From: Neocallimastix sp. 'constans'
Lineage: Eukaryota
Reading direction: 5' to 3'
Length of the DNA stretch: 64,000 nt
NCBI GenBank assembly: GCA_050613775.1
Contig: JBODTK010000126.1
Coordinates: 62,001 to 126,000, forward strand
Position numbers and translations under genes: made by a program. The notes below the pieces were generated by a model, which made no database searches, was not told the origin of the DNA, and saw nothing but the letters and a program-made list of their open reading frames with translations. Below are positions 25,329-40,329 of the stretch, piece after piece; the first letter of the stretch is position 1, and each line of letters opens with the position of its first letter.

Positions 25329-28221
25329 TTATGCCTCATTATTAATTCGATTTATTAATTCATTATCAACTGAACCTTCTTCTACTTCTATTTTTATAGA
25401 TTTTTTTTTTACTTCGACATTATTATCAACTGTTATTGAGCTAGCACTAGCTGTTAAAGAATTTGAAAAATCATTTGAATTATTATCCAATGTAATATTT
25501 ATATCAGTTTTATTTAAATCCTCATTGTGATTTCCATTTCCAATTTCATTTTTTTCTACTTTTATACCAACTGTTGATATATTTGTTATTAAATTATCAT
25601 TATTATTACTATTATTAATTTCATCGACTTTATCAGTCATTGATACAGTTTCATTTGTAGTAGATGTAGAAGGCTTATCAATAGATTTTTCATTATTAAC
25701 TTTACTTTCATTCGTATTAACATCATTCGCAGATTCAGATGCTTGAGTGGTTGCTAAATTAGTTGAGGGAGTAATATCAGGTGAAGCACCTAATGCATTA
25801 ACTGACTTAAATATTTCATTATTTAAAACATTAGTATTAGTTTTTGCATATTGAGCTTCAAATTCATTAATTCTCTCCAACGATTTTGGGGTTAAGTAAT
25901 TTTCAAAATCCTTTTTGAATTGACGAATATTTTCCATTGTTTCAGGTAATAAAATAATATCATCTGAAATTTTTGTAGCAGAACTATTGAAATCAGGATC
26001 TAATTTTCCAGTTAAATTTAATTTTAAACCAAACGTATCTTCGAAAAATTGAACTCTTCCTCTTGATTTTGGCGATAATTGAATTGGATTTTTTAAGTTA
26101 TTAATACCAATGGTATCTAAACTTGAGGAAACTAATTTTGAAACAGAATTAGGAGTTATTGAACCATTAATTTTATTAAGAAAAGCATTTTTAGCTAAGG
26201 ACAAAGTTTTTGAAGTACTGCTATTAAATAATGTTTCACCTACTGCACCTTTATTTCATATAAATTAATTTATATTAATAATAAGATGAAGAAGATGAAG
26301 ATGAAAATATAATATTATTAAAATTAATATTTTTTCACTAAAATTTAAATTTTACATTTCATATAACTAAATTATAATTTTTAAATTTGATTTAGAATTT
26401 TTTTTTTTTATTTAGTTTTTTTATTTACTTTTTTTCTTCTTATCATCATTCTTGGGATAATTTTTGTTGTTTGATAATAAATAAATTTTACTCTCTAATA
26501 TTTCTAAATGATTTGTAATAACATCAATTTTATATAATTGATTTTCAATATTGTGAACCTTTCTATATATATTTTCAACTATACTTATTATATATCTCAT
26601 TTGTTCTCTGATACCAAGTTCATTTTCACCTTCAATAAATTGCATCTCTAATATATGTATATATTTATATATATATTTATATTAAATTTAATATTATAAT
26701 TCAAAATATGATTAATATATAAAACTCTATAAAAAATATTATATGTCAAATTATACCTGACGAAATAGATGCGTTTGAAATATTGTTATGATTTATCGCA
26801 GTTTGCATTAACGTAGATAATGATTCATCAGTATTACTATATTTAATTCTTTTAGTCATTTGATATGGTGAAAGAGTGTGTGCTTCACTTCCTCTTTTCT
26901 TATTATGAAGTTCATCCTGATATTGTGATAATGCAATATCTTCATTATTAGTCTCTATTCCGGTTTGTTCAAGAGTATTTGAAATTAAAGGTGAAGATTT
27001 TCCAGATCCTGAACTATAAGATCCTGCTTCCATAATCTATAGGAAAATATTTTCCATATAAAATATATTGTATTGATTAATATATATAAATTTATTTTAA
27101 ATATAATAATAATTCTAAACAATATTTAATTAAAACATAACTATAATAATAATTATAATAACATAATAACATTAATAATAGAAATATCAAATATTATTAT
27201 AATTTATATTAATAAGCTGAAATTTAATATTAATAGAAAAATATTTATTATTATTAATATTAAGATATTAATGTATTAATATTAATTAGTACATTATGAC
27301 AAATAAAATACTTTATTTATTGTTATTAATTTCAATATTAATATTACTTTTCCTGCTAAAATTTTAGTATCATTCAATTTTGGATGAAGTGGTCGTTGAA
27401 ATTGTTGTATAAATTGACGATGCTGTGATAATTGTAAAAGATTTAATTTTGATTCATCCTCTAAACTAAAATTACCAAGGCCGAAGCCATTACTTTGATT
27501 ATAATAATTATCATATTGTAGTGAAAGCATTATTTCTTGCTGCTTCTTTTTAATTTCTGCTTCTGAAATAGCTGAATTTGTTTTTTCCGGTGAACGTATT
27601 ACACAAAGTGTATGAATACTACTAGCAATATGACATAATCTTATATATTCCTTATCACCAACTTTATGAATAAAAATATTTTAATTATTTAAAAATTAAT
27701 AAATGAAATTTATAATGAAATAAAAAAATCAAATTCAAATTGAAATTTGTATTGAAAAATTCGTATTGAAATTTTAAATTGAAATTTTATATTGAAATTT
27801 TATATTAAAATTTTTATAATGAAAAATTTTAAATTGAAAATTTTACAGTAAAATTCATACATATATATTATTTTAAATTCATATCATAATATATAAATTA
27901 ATACAAGCACATTACATTATATGATTTCTTTATTGAATTTAAAATAAAAATAATTGTAATTAATAAAAACATACTTAAATTGCTATCCTTTTTTTTTGAT
28001 AATGATATCATATCAGAATACTTTCTACGTAATGTTTCTTGTTTTCTGAATGATAATGGTCTATCTGGATGTTGATAATTGAAATTAGTTACTTCAGTTT
28101 TACAATTTTCAAATACTTTTTTCCAGTCATCTGCAGAACGTGGTAATACTTTTAAAATTTCTTTTAATACAAGTCTAATTTCAGAATTAGTGAAACCTTT
28201 CGAACCTTGAACTCTTGGCAT
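25329..28221 (-). CDS. Hypothetical multi-exon protein with N-terminal Myb/SANT-like domain and a coiled coil (putative DNA-binding protein)
   Basis: Five collinear ORF pieces bounded by GT-AG. N-terminal GSKGFTNSEI..LPRSADDWKKV..ETLRRKY resembles fungal Myb/SANT-like domains. Family call is from pattern recognition only. Confidence 0.6.
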
Positions 28222-28615
28222 TTTCTTTATATACTATTATATATTTTCATATTATATATATAAAAAAGATAATTATATATAAAGTATTCTTTAATTTAAA
28301 AATTGTAAAATTTTTATAATAAATAATTTTTATTTAATAAAATTTTTATTATACAAATTTAATATCCATTTATTAAACCTAATAAATGAATATTATTTAT
28401 TTATTTATTTATTTAATACAAATGTAGTCTATAATACTTATATATATAAATTATAATTAATAAAATAAACAGAAAAAGAAAAAGAAACAATATCATTTAC
28501 TGAATTTATAATATCTTAATTTTCAATGTTCAATTTTAATTAATTATTATCATATCAAATTTCATTGAAATATATTTTCAAATAATTATTTATTTACAAT
28601 AAATTGGAATATTAT

Positions 28616-28669
<54 letters not shown>

Positions 28670-28968
28670 TCATAAAAATAACTTTAATGCATAAAATGTT
28701 TTGCTAGTGACATACCTATTATAATAAATGTATAATTATATTAATATTTGATGAAAGGTTTTATATATAATATTATAGCGAAGCTATAACATCTATGCTT
28801 TTTTTTTATATTTTCCTATAACTGCAATAATTATATAATTTTTTTATTATATTAATAATTATATATATATGTGTGTATGTTATTTTATTTAAATTTATCT
28901 AATTATATTTCTAAATTCTAAAACATAAAATTCGATATTTTTATTATTTTTGATATATCACTTATTTT

Positions 28969-28999
<31 letters not shown>

Positions 29000-29539
29000 G
29001 ATAATATATATATTTAAAAATGAAGTGAAAATGAAAAAATATGTATTTTTTTAATAAATTAATTTAATGAAATTGATGACTATTAAAATATTTATTTGGT
29101 AATTAATTTATTTTAACAAAATTATTAAAATTAAATTAATTTTAAAATATTAAATACTTATTAAGAAAAAATAAAATATGTATTGTTGAAAATTAAAAAT
29201 ACACATAAATCTATTAAAATTAAACATATATATTAATACTAAATATACTATAAAAATTTTAATAATGTAAATATATTTTATTTATTTTATGTATAAAATC
29301 AATAAAACAATGAAATAAAGTAATAAATTTTATAATATATAAATTTGACCAATCGTTTTTCAATATTATATTTTACTTTTTAATAAAAACATATGATTGC
29401 TTATTAATGATTGGTCATTATATATATTTTATGTCTATATTTTCATATTTATATTATAAATAAGTCTATAATGTATAATGCATTTTTATTATAAATATTT
29501 ATTTATCTATATTTATTATTTATTTATTTATTATTTACT

Positions 29540-29726
<187 letters not shown>

Positions 29727-30170
29727 AGAATATAAAACATTCATTATAAAAAAATATTATAATAAATATTTTAAACATTTGATTTTAACCTAATATAGGA
29801 ATAATTATATTTTGATATTTAGATTTATAAAAATAAACCAAAATATATTCTATAAATGATAAATTATCTAAATATAAAATGTTAGTTACATTATTAATTA
29901 CTAACACTTTATTTAGATTTTAAAAAATATTTTAATTTACAAAATAGATAATTCAAAAACATAAAACTAGTAAGATGATAAAGACTTTATTATAAATTTT
30001 ATTTTGATTCAAAAAAAAAAAAAAAAGGATTCTGTTTAATATAAAATTTATATTTAAAATATATATTATTATATATTTCTTTTTTAATTCTTTTAGTATT
30101 TTAAAAAGTAATTTTACTTAAAAAAATTGAAAATTAAATATTATAAAATATTTTTTTAAAATATTATAAC

Positions 30171-30421
30171 ATAAAGTTTATTATTTGATTTATAATATAT
30201 AACATGGTAAAACTCTATCATATTAAAATCAAAATTAAAATATTATGTATATTCTAGTATTAATAAAAATAAAATAAAATAAAATAAATAGTGAAAAAAT
30301 ATAAAGTTTATTATTTGATTTATAGCATATAACTCATGGTAAAAAACTATGTTATATTAATATCAAAATTAAAATATTATGTATATTCTAGTATTAATAA
30401 AAATAAAATAAAATAAATAGT
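30171..30421. repeat. Tandem duplication, period ~130 bp, two diverged copies
   Basis: ATAAAGTTTATTATTTGATTTATA...CATGGTAAAA...TATGTATATTCTAGTATTAATAAAAAT starts at both 30171 and 30301. Confidence 0.9.
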
Positions 30422-31310
30422 AAAGTAATACAAAAGAGTGAAGTATTAATAAAAATAAAATAAAATATAATATAATAAAATAAAATAAAATAAAAATAAA
30501 GAAATAAAATATGATTATTTATTTAAAATTTCCTTATTTCATAACCTCAATTAAAATTATTCTTTGTTATAATATGAAAATAATTTTTTGAATACATATA
30601 TATATATTGTATACTCTCTTTGAAGGATTTTAACAAGCTATATGTATAAACAAAAGCATTTTAAATTAACATAAATTTAATTTCATATTTTTTAAAATTT
30701 TTTTTATTTTGATATTTTATTTATATGTATATATTTCATGGAAAAAGTTCATCCTTTTATTATTTTTTTTTATTATTATTATTTTTAGAAAATAAATAGA
30801 ATATTTTTAATTATAATATTTTATGAAAATATTTAATTCAATAAAATATATTTTGCAAAAAGGAGCAAAAAGGAAAAGAAAAATAAAATAAAATAAAATA
30901 AAAAAAAAAATAAAATAAAATTAAAAATAACCAAATTTTCCCTTATAAGAAAAAAATATTTGTTAATTAAGAGAAATTATTATCTATAATTAATATAAAC
31001 TTTTAATTATAATATTTGAATTAATAAAATCTCTTAGTTTTATTTTAAATTTTCAATACTAAATATTTTATTTATAATTTTTATGATTTCTTTTTTCTTT
31101 TTTTTAAGATATTAATTTTTGTATTTTAATTATTATTTTCAATTATTTTATTTATGACATAATATATATATTTTATTTTACTTTATAAATAAGATAATAA
31201 TATTTTTAAATTTTGCGTTAAATTTTTTAAGATATTATTAGTTATACTTTAATAATTATTGTTTATTTTATATTTCTTTTTAAAGAGTGTTTGTATAATT
31301 ATACTTCCGC

Positions 31311-31841
31311 TTAGAAGCAATATTTATCATTTAATTCTCTGAATGATAAGTATAAATTCAATATTACAACTGGAATTAAGAAACCGGTTAATAAGTATGG
31401 ACCGTAACGGTCATCGTATGGTCCTGGATCCTTTTCTTTAATCATATTAACTCTCCATCTGTATCTAATCATGGCATAAGCAATGAAGATAATACCAACT
31501 AAAGAGAACAAAGTACCTCCAATTCTAGCAACAACATTACCAAAAGCTTTATTATTATAAAATAAATTAAATTTTTATTATTATTAAATATATTAATACA
31601 TTTATTAACATTTAAAACATCTAATACAACGATTTTTTAATTTATATTATAATATTTTACCTAAAATTGTTAAAGATAAACCAGCTAATAAAATACCAGT
31701 GTGAGTCCAAGAAAGGAAGGTTCTTTCATTAGCAAAGTAAACCTTTGGTTCAACACGAGATGGAGCTGGTTGACTACCACCTTGCTTTGATTTTGATCTG
31801 TTTAAGGAGCTTCCTCCCATTCCCATTTGTTGTCTTTGCAT
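31311..31841 (-). CDS. VTC1: Vacuolar transporter chaperone 1 (DUF202, polyphosphate synthesis complex)
   Basis: [17 protein letters not shown], three hydrophobic segments and GPYDDRYGP. Two coding exons. Confidence 0.93.
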
Positions 31842-33904
31842 TTTCTATCTATAAAGTTCATTATTTATATAATTAATATTAGTAAATATTCTTAAATAAT
31901 AAATAATATTACAAATTTTTCTTATAGTCTACTTTTATTTTATTTTTTTAAATAAATAAAAAAATATATGTATAGTTCTATAGTTTTATTTAATATTTTT
32001 AAGGTTTGTTCATAAATAGTAATTTTATTATACATTTTTTTAATTATCTTATTTAAATTGATTTTTTTTTCTTAATTTATTTTATTGAATTAAATATTAA
32101 ATTTTATTAATTAATATATTTATTTATTTTTAGGAATTTGTATTCATCTCCTCTTATTATAATTTTAAATTTTACTTTATTATTATTTAAATAGTATCAT
32201 TTAAGACTTTAGTCAATTTCAAAATTTATCATAAATATATATATTTTTTTTTATATTATATAAATTTCATATTAAATTTGATTTATTCTTATTTTTTATT
32301 TATTTACTGTTATCTTAAAATAAATTTATATTTTTTAATCCAATTATATTTTTTCCTTTTGATTTCTTACTTTTATTTAATTGATATAAAAAATGTTACA
32401 AGGGATTAGAAATCTATTTCTTTAATTTCAAGTTTAATATTTATAATTATAATTTTTTTTTTTTTTTTTTTAAAAAGAACAATAATTTTTTTTTTTTTTT
32501 AATATTTTTTAATCTTTATTATATAAAGCGAATTATCATTTATTATTTAAAACGATTTTCTTAATTTGTTACTACTATATAAAGTTTTTATATAATAAAC
32601 CAAATTATATGAATTATTATTGTTAATATTATATTATTATATTTAATATTAATTATATTTATTATAATATATATAAATAAAACCTTTATAAATAATTTTA
32701 TAAGAATAATACAATAAATAAAAAAATGCTATTTTTTTATAGCAAATTTTAAATAATATATTAATTATTATATTGCAATATATTTTAATATATTTTACAT
32801 ATTTATATTGTTTTATATTGATGTTAATAATATATTGTCAAAATGATGAAATTATATTATTTTAATAACTTATTAAATTTCATTAGTATTAAATCTCATA
32901 GTTATTGAATAATATATTAGATAATATATAAATATATAATTTGTTATAAGAAATTTAATTAATATTTTTTATTTAAATATTTAAATGAATAAATTATATA
33001 GAATATTAACATTTATAATATATTAACAATTATGTTCAATATACGTAATTTATTATTCATTATATTAGAAGTTTATATATTATATAATGTCATAAAAACT
33101 ATCTATTTTATTTTAAATTATATTCATAAATTTTATTATATAATAATATTTTTATATTTAATTTGAAAAGCATTTAATATTTAATATAAAATAATTTTAA
33201 TACATTGATATATATTAGGATTATTGGATATTTTTTTTTTTATTTTATTTTTTTTTGTTTTATATAAAAATATCCTATTTGTCACCCAAATATATAAATA
33301 ATATATTATAATATATTATAAGTCTAGATTTGAAATAATATAAATAAAAAAAAAAATTAAATATTAGATAATTGATTATTAGTATAATAGTATAAAAAAA
33401 TATAGAATATACTAAACTATAATTTATTAATTTATTACTTATTTATTTATTTATTTAGTTATTACTTATTTATTTATTTATTTATTTAGTTATTTAGTTA
33501 TTACTTATTTATTATTTATTTATTTATTATTTATTTATTTATTTATATTAACTTTTTTTTAAACTTTTACTATAGCGGATAATTCTGATTGTTTATTTTA
33601 TAAATATATAATAAAAAATCAGAATTTTTTTATAAATTGAAATTATGACAAATATATAAAATATTTAATAAATATTAACCAATTTTTTTGATTTGGATTC
33701 AATAATTGTAAGTAAAAAATAAAATAAGTTCAATAAATAATATAATAAAGAAGTTTTTGTACATAAAAGAGAGAGTTCTTTCATTTATATTGATAAATTA
33801 TAACCAATAAATACTACTAATGATAATAATTTAACATTTGTAATTTTAATTATTGAAAAAATTAATCATATTAGAATTATTTTATTCAGTTATATACATA
33901 ATTT

Positions 33905-33935
<31 letters not shown>

Positions 33936-34159
33936 AAATAGTTTTAATGTTGTGTACAAAATTTTTGTTTAACCAAAATTCCTTACAATTATTATACGGC
34001 TATAATACAATATAATAGTTTCGTTTTTTTATATTAATAGAAACATTTATCCTCTTATAAAATGAAAATTTATTATTAATATTACTTCATAAAAACAAAT
34101 ATATACATGATAAAGTAATGCATATATCTTTAAATATCTATTTATAATTCATAGAAAAC

Positions 34160-34193
<34 letters not shown>

Positions 34194-34788
34194 TACCAAT
34201 AATAATTTAATTTTAATTATAAAAGAATAATTATTACTGAATATAAAAAAAGCATATTGATTTATTCTATATCTTAATTTTCATTAGAACAGATTTATAA
34301 AATTTATGGTTTAATAATGTGGTTATTCTAAATTTCTAATAAAATTAAAATATTTAAATAGATAAAAAGAAATAAAATATTTTAAAAATACTAAATATTA
34401 TTTAAATTATAATAATTGAAATAATAAAATATTTAGATTTAAATAATTGATGTATATATATATAACTTAATTTATTAATTTATATTAAGTAATTTATATA
34501 TTTATTATTTCTTTTGTAATAATTATTATTTATGAGAAGTAGTATTGTTAAATAGTAATTAATTAAACTTATTTTTGTTGTTGTTGTTGTTGTTGTATTA
34601 ATATAAAAAAAATATATAATATATATATGATTAAATATATATATTTAAGTATATATGATTATATGATAATTATTATTATTGATCTTCAGAGAAAATATAT
34701 ATTATGTCTTATTTGTCATTCATATTATTATTATTATTCCGTTTAAAAATAATAATTAATTACTGCTCTTTTTTTTTTTTTTTTTTTT

Positions 34789-37611
34789 TTATATCAATTC
34801 ATGATCCTTTTTCATTGATGTAAAACTGTTTACACGTTTTAATTCATTATGTGTTCCTTTACCTTTTAAATATTGTTGAAGATCACTATTTACTCTAAAT
34901 GGAAGATAGTTATTAGTAATATTATGATTATGAGTAGTAGTAGTAGTAGTAGTATTACTATTATTATTGTTATTAATCTTTAAATATGATCTCATGATAT
35001 TGAAATTTTCTGATGGTTTAATATCTAGAATACTACTAGTAATATTATCAAGAGAAATGACTTCTCTATATCTATTCTTAAATTTATTACTATTATAATT
35101 ATCGTAAATTGGCAAAATTTCAGTATATTGTAAGCGTTGACCTCCATATTTACCATAAAGAATAAGCGTAATCATGATCATAAAAGATATTATACTTATC
35201 ATACAAAATAAGAAAACAATACAAGAAAAATTTCCACTATTATCAATTTCAACATTACTTATCGATTCACTAATAGTTGAACAAATGTAATTTAAAATTA
35301 CACCTAAAGTCCAAGAAACTTCATAACCTTTGTATCGATTAATAGATGTAAATGGAACTAACTCTTCCTTATCTTTATTATTATCTGTTTCATTTCTTTT
35401 TTTAATATTTAATCTGGAATTTTTATCAAGACTTTCAAAAATTTCTGTATCAAAAATAAATTCTGCAAATTTCATATTATCTCTTTTATTAAAATTTGGA
35501 TTTTTGGAAATTCCTATACCCTCATGTAATACTGTCATTACCCATGAACTACGAAAGCAACTCAAAAAGAGAAGATATTCATTATATATTGAAGGATAGT
35601 TACCATTCTTATAATTAATATCTAAAGTATTCCAATTTGTTTTACATAATTCTTTAGCTGCATTATAAAATTTATTATAATTATAAACACCTCCTTGATT
35701 ATGAACATCATGACTAGTGTACCAATACTCGCTAATACCATAGAAAGGCATTTTAGAAAAATCAGTAACAGGACTATGAACACCATTAAAAAGACAAGGT
35801 TCTTTTCTACAAGGTTCCGTTTTATTTAATAATGGATATATATTTGTTAAACATTGATCGAGATTTCCTGTACCTTTAATATCAATACTCCAATTACTAA
35901 TGTTATAATCTTTTCCTAATGCAACCATATCAATTGGTTTAAATTCATTTTGTTTCGCATTAACTGGAATACAAGGATCATCAATAATTAATTTATAATA
36001 TTTATTTTCTGTATCTGTATCTATTTTTATACTAAATTCACCACTTAAACCATCTTCTTTTATAATATTTTTATTTACATGTTCAATGTTATCATCATTT
36101 TTATTTATATCTTTATTATTTTCTTTACCATTAAAAATTGGTTTTGAATTATCTTCATTATTTACCTGATTTGAACTTGAATCTGATTTTTCTTTTATTA
36201 AAGAATCTGACAAAGGTGTATTTGAATTTTCTCTTTTAATTTCTATTTTTTTCATATTATCATTATTAATGCCTTTCTTATCATTATTTTTAAGATCAAA
36301 ATTTTTAAATACATAATTTATTCCTTTTTTAACTAAAGCTTCTATATATCTTCTACGAGTTTCATTCATTCCAAAACCTAAAAAGGTAGTTGAATATACA
36401 TTATATGTAGTTTTTTGACCATTTATTTTATGTAAATCAATAGATAAAATATTTTCTTCATCTTCTAATGATCCTTTAATAAATTGTGATACATCATAAG
36501 CAATTTGTGTTGATGCACCTCCCATATCTAGTACACCATAGGAAGGTAAAATATCTTGATTATTATTTTTATTATGTACTATTGTTGTTGATGATGAAAA
36601 TCCTTTTTTTAAATAATTTAATCCAAGCCATCCATATAAACCTTCTTCTTCACCAGAAATATTAAGAATTTGTTTATTGCAATCAACTAAAAAAACATAA
36701 TTTTTTTTTAAATAAGAACATACTTCTGATAAAATTGCTTCTCTTTTATCTTCAGGAAGTAAACGCATACCTGCCGTAGCATATATGTATATAGGAGTGG
36801 ATTTTATTTTTTCTTTTGGTATTATTTCTAAAATAGGATCTATTAATAATTTAATATGATTTGGTCCAACTTCTTTTGGTGTATCTTGAAATGTTGAAAT
36901 TCCTTTAATAATTAAAAAAATATTTATTTATATATACAATAATAGTGTAAAATATGAATATATTTATATTAGAAATTAAAATAAAAAAATAACACATTTA
37001 AAAACATTAAATTAACAAATTTTTCAGTTATTATTAAAAAAATAAAAAATATAAAGCAATAAAACTTAATATTATTGGTTTTACATATTAATAATTATTC
37101 GAATTTTACCTCTATTAATTTTAAACATCCAGTTATCACCTTCTTTCAAACCCTTTTCAATTAATGGTAAACCATCATCATTTACACCCTCTAACTGACT
37201 AAAAGTTAAATTATATTGAAATAATGCAGTTTGTAAATAATTTATATCTCTCCAGGAGTATATTTGTACTCTTGAACCAGAACTACCAGCATCAATTACT
37301 ACACCATAATTTCTAAATTTATCCCAATTTTTTTCTGAATCATCCAATAGTTCTATTTTTTTAAAATTATTCGAATGACCATACTTATAAAAAGCCAGTA
37401 TTCCATTTAATGCTGATGTTATTAGTAATACTGACAATATTGATATTTTCTTTTTATTATTTCCTTCAAATTTTAATATAAATTTTATATTTCATAATAA
37501 TTGATACATGCAAAAAATACAATTAATATATATATTGTAAATTTAATATTATAATTTAAATTTATACTAATACACAAAAATATTAATAATTTAATGATAT
37601 GAATTTACCAT
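34789..37611 (-). CDS. GDA1/CD39 family nucleoside phosphatase (Ynd1-like apyrase with C-terminal TM)
   Basis: All five apyrase conserved regions: DAGSSGSR, ATAGMRLL, GEEEGLYGW, DMGGASTQ, SWTLG. Start inferred from an ATG|GT at 37611-37609 spliced to 37449. Confidence 0.92.
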
Positions 37612-38330
37612 TTAAAAAAGAATTATCAATATGTAGTTTACAATGTTTAAGCAAAGACTTTATTTTTCGTATTATAGTTACATGTTTCATTTTATTATAT
37701 TTTTATATGAATTTAATTTTACTTATAATTATAATATATATTGATATTTAGTTACTTTAATAATTACTATTTAATATTTTCCTCTTATTTGTTTCTATTT
37801 TAAAATTAAATACTAACACTAATTTTATGATGAAAATACTTTATATCAAAAATAAAATTTTGGGTATTTATAAAAAATATATAAAATTATAAATTTTTAT
37901 CAAATAATAAATATTAATTTTTAAATTAAATAATTAAAAAAAGATTTAACAATTAATTTAATTTTTTTTTTTTTTTTTTCCTTTTTTCTTTTTATTGTCT
38001 TTTTATCATTATTATTATTATTATTATTATTAATTCAATATTATTTCATTTATTTATATAATTATTATAATCACTAACTTCTACAGTTTTAACTCTTTTT
38101 ATTTAAAATATTATTGCTATTATATTTTTTCCGTTTTACACATTTTTTTAAAAAAAAATAATAAAACAATATTGATAATAAAAATTATAATTAAAAAGAA
38201 ATAATGTATTTAATAAATTAAAAGCTTTAATAAATAAAAAATCACATGAATCAAACAAATTATTAATACATAAATTTATGTTTTAATACTAATTAAATTA
38301 TTAAAATGCTCAAATATAAAAATGTATCTA

Positions 38331-38706
38331 TGAGTAATGCTAAGTACTGTCATTTAATATATTTACAAGGGAATTAGCATTCGGGTACATATCATATATA
38401 CATGTAAATATATTCTACTAAATTGCACCTCTCTGACTTATATGCAATTACTAAGGGAACTTGTACGTATATCATTGGGTTAGGTTATACTTCACGGCTT
38501 CAAAGGAAAGCTTGGAACCGGAAAAGCACTACGAGAAAATGCATACTTGAAAATTCTCAGTTGCAATGTGCATGTCAGAGCACCAATACTGAACACTCAG
38601 TAAGGCCGTCCAGTTGGGACATTATCCGCCTATAGGTAAACATATGGAAGTGTTGTGACTTCTCAATATTCCCATGAGGCTGAAAATAAGGGCGATACAC
38701 ACAGGA
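38331..38706. ncRNA. Candidate structured non-coding RNA, family unassigned
   Basis: Sharp GC-elevated island in very AT-rich intergenic DNA with many short inverted repeats. No recognisable protein in the frames translated by hand. Confidence 0.4.
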
Positions 38707-39672
38707 AATAAAAAAAAATAATAATAATAATCTATTAGAATTATTTTTAAGTTGAATATTTCAAAGAATTATATTGAACTAGATATTAACAATTCACAGT
38801 TCAAACTTCATTTATTTAATGAAATGAAGGAACTTAAATTTTGTACCTTTATTGCAAATATAGTCGTTATAATTTCAAAAAGAAGAAAAATAAAATTTTT
38901 TTATATATCTGAAATTATTAAATTATTGATTCTTTTTCAATCTTAAAATAACATTAAATCATATAACCTCAAGTTTTGCAATTAAAATAATTTTTTTAAT
39001 TAAATTTTTCATTTAAAATGAATAATAACATATAAATACATCTAAAAATAAAAGTTATCTTTATTAACATAAATTGAAATAAAAACATAAATAATAATAA
39101 TAATGTAATAGACGTTTATGAAATATCTTATATAATACTCATAATTAAATGTATTAATATGATAATTTCATCTATATAATAATTAATATTAATTAGTTCT
39201 AATGATTGATATAATATTAGTTTTAAAATATATTGGTTGATAAATACTAATGTATTAGGTATGTAACATTTTTTTTTTTTTGATAAATTAAAAGTAAATA
39301 AATATAATAAACAATTATAAAGTTATTTAATAATAATAATAATATTTATAATTAATTAGATTTAATAATTTTTATTGATTATATATATTAACACAATTTA
39401 TTATTAAAAATATATATTTAATAATAATAAATACAACAAATGTAAAAAAATATAAATAAAATAGAAAAATAAAAAATAAATGTAAATTTTGTTTAAGTAA
39501 TTAAAATTTTAAAATATTTTATTATTATTATTATTATTAATAATATTATATTCATTTTAATTTTTTAATTTGTTTAAATATATTAAAATAATTAATTTTA
39601 TTGTAATCAATAATAAAGAATAAATATTAAATAAATTAAGAAATAAAGAAAAGAATTGTGGAATAAATAAAA

Positions 39673-40298
39673 ATGGTAGCATCAGCAATTTTTATATTAG
39701 ATTTGAAAGGAAAAGTCCTTATTTCAAGAAATTACAGAGGTGATATTCCAATTAGAAAGATTGAAAAATTTATGCCTTTAGTATTAGCAGCTGAGGAGGA
39801 GGAGCAGACGCTATCGCCTATATTGTCAACTGAGGATGGTGTAAACTTTTTATATGTTAAACATAATAATTTATACTGTATCCTTTTATTATATAATTTG
39901 TTTATAAATATTTTCCTTGTTTATTAATAATTCAAATATAAATTATATTAATATAATTCGAATGAAAGTGTAAAGTAAATATATATATTTAAAAATAAAT
40001 AATATTGTAATGATTTATTTAAATATAAATAGCTGCGAAAATAAATAAATAACATAAATTTTTTAAAATTTTTATTGTAGTTAATAAATAATAAAAATTT
40101 TAAAACATAATTCACCAAATAATTCAGTATTATACAAAAACTATTTATCATTTATATACATAACAAACAAATATATATATATATGAATTATGCCAATTTA
40201 ATAAATAAAAATCAATATTTAAACATAATTTAAAATTATTAGAAATAAGAAATGTATTTTTCATTTGTATAAATTATTATCTTTAATTCTACTTTTTC

Positions 40299-40329
<31 letters not shown>

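Noticed and set aside
32226..32236. TTATCATAAA as a recurring promoter motif
   Set aside because: A few occurrences are expected by chance at this AT content.
38423..38635. 70-aa ORF and a GKLGTGKA P-loop-like string in another frame
   Set aside because: TTG start, atypical codon composition for this genome, nearby stops and no domain context.
38331..38706. Island as a TPP or cobalamin riboswitch, RNase P/MRP, U3, snR30, SRP RNA or group I intron
   Set aside because: Only isolated partial motifs (CUGAGA, AGAAA/UGAAA, AACCCAAUG, AUAUUCC) occur, not in the required order or pairing.
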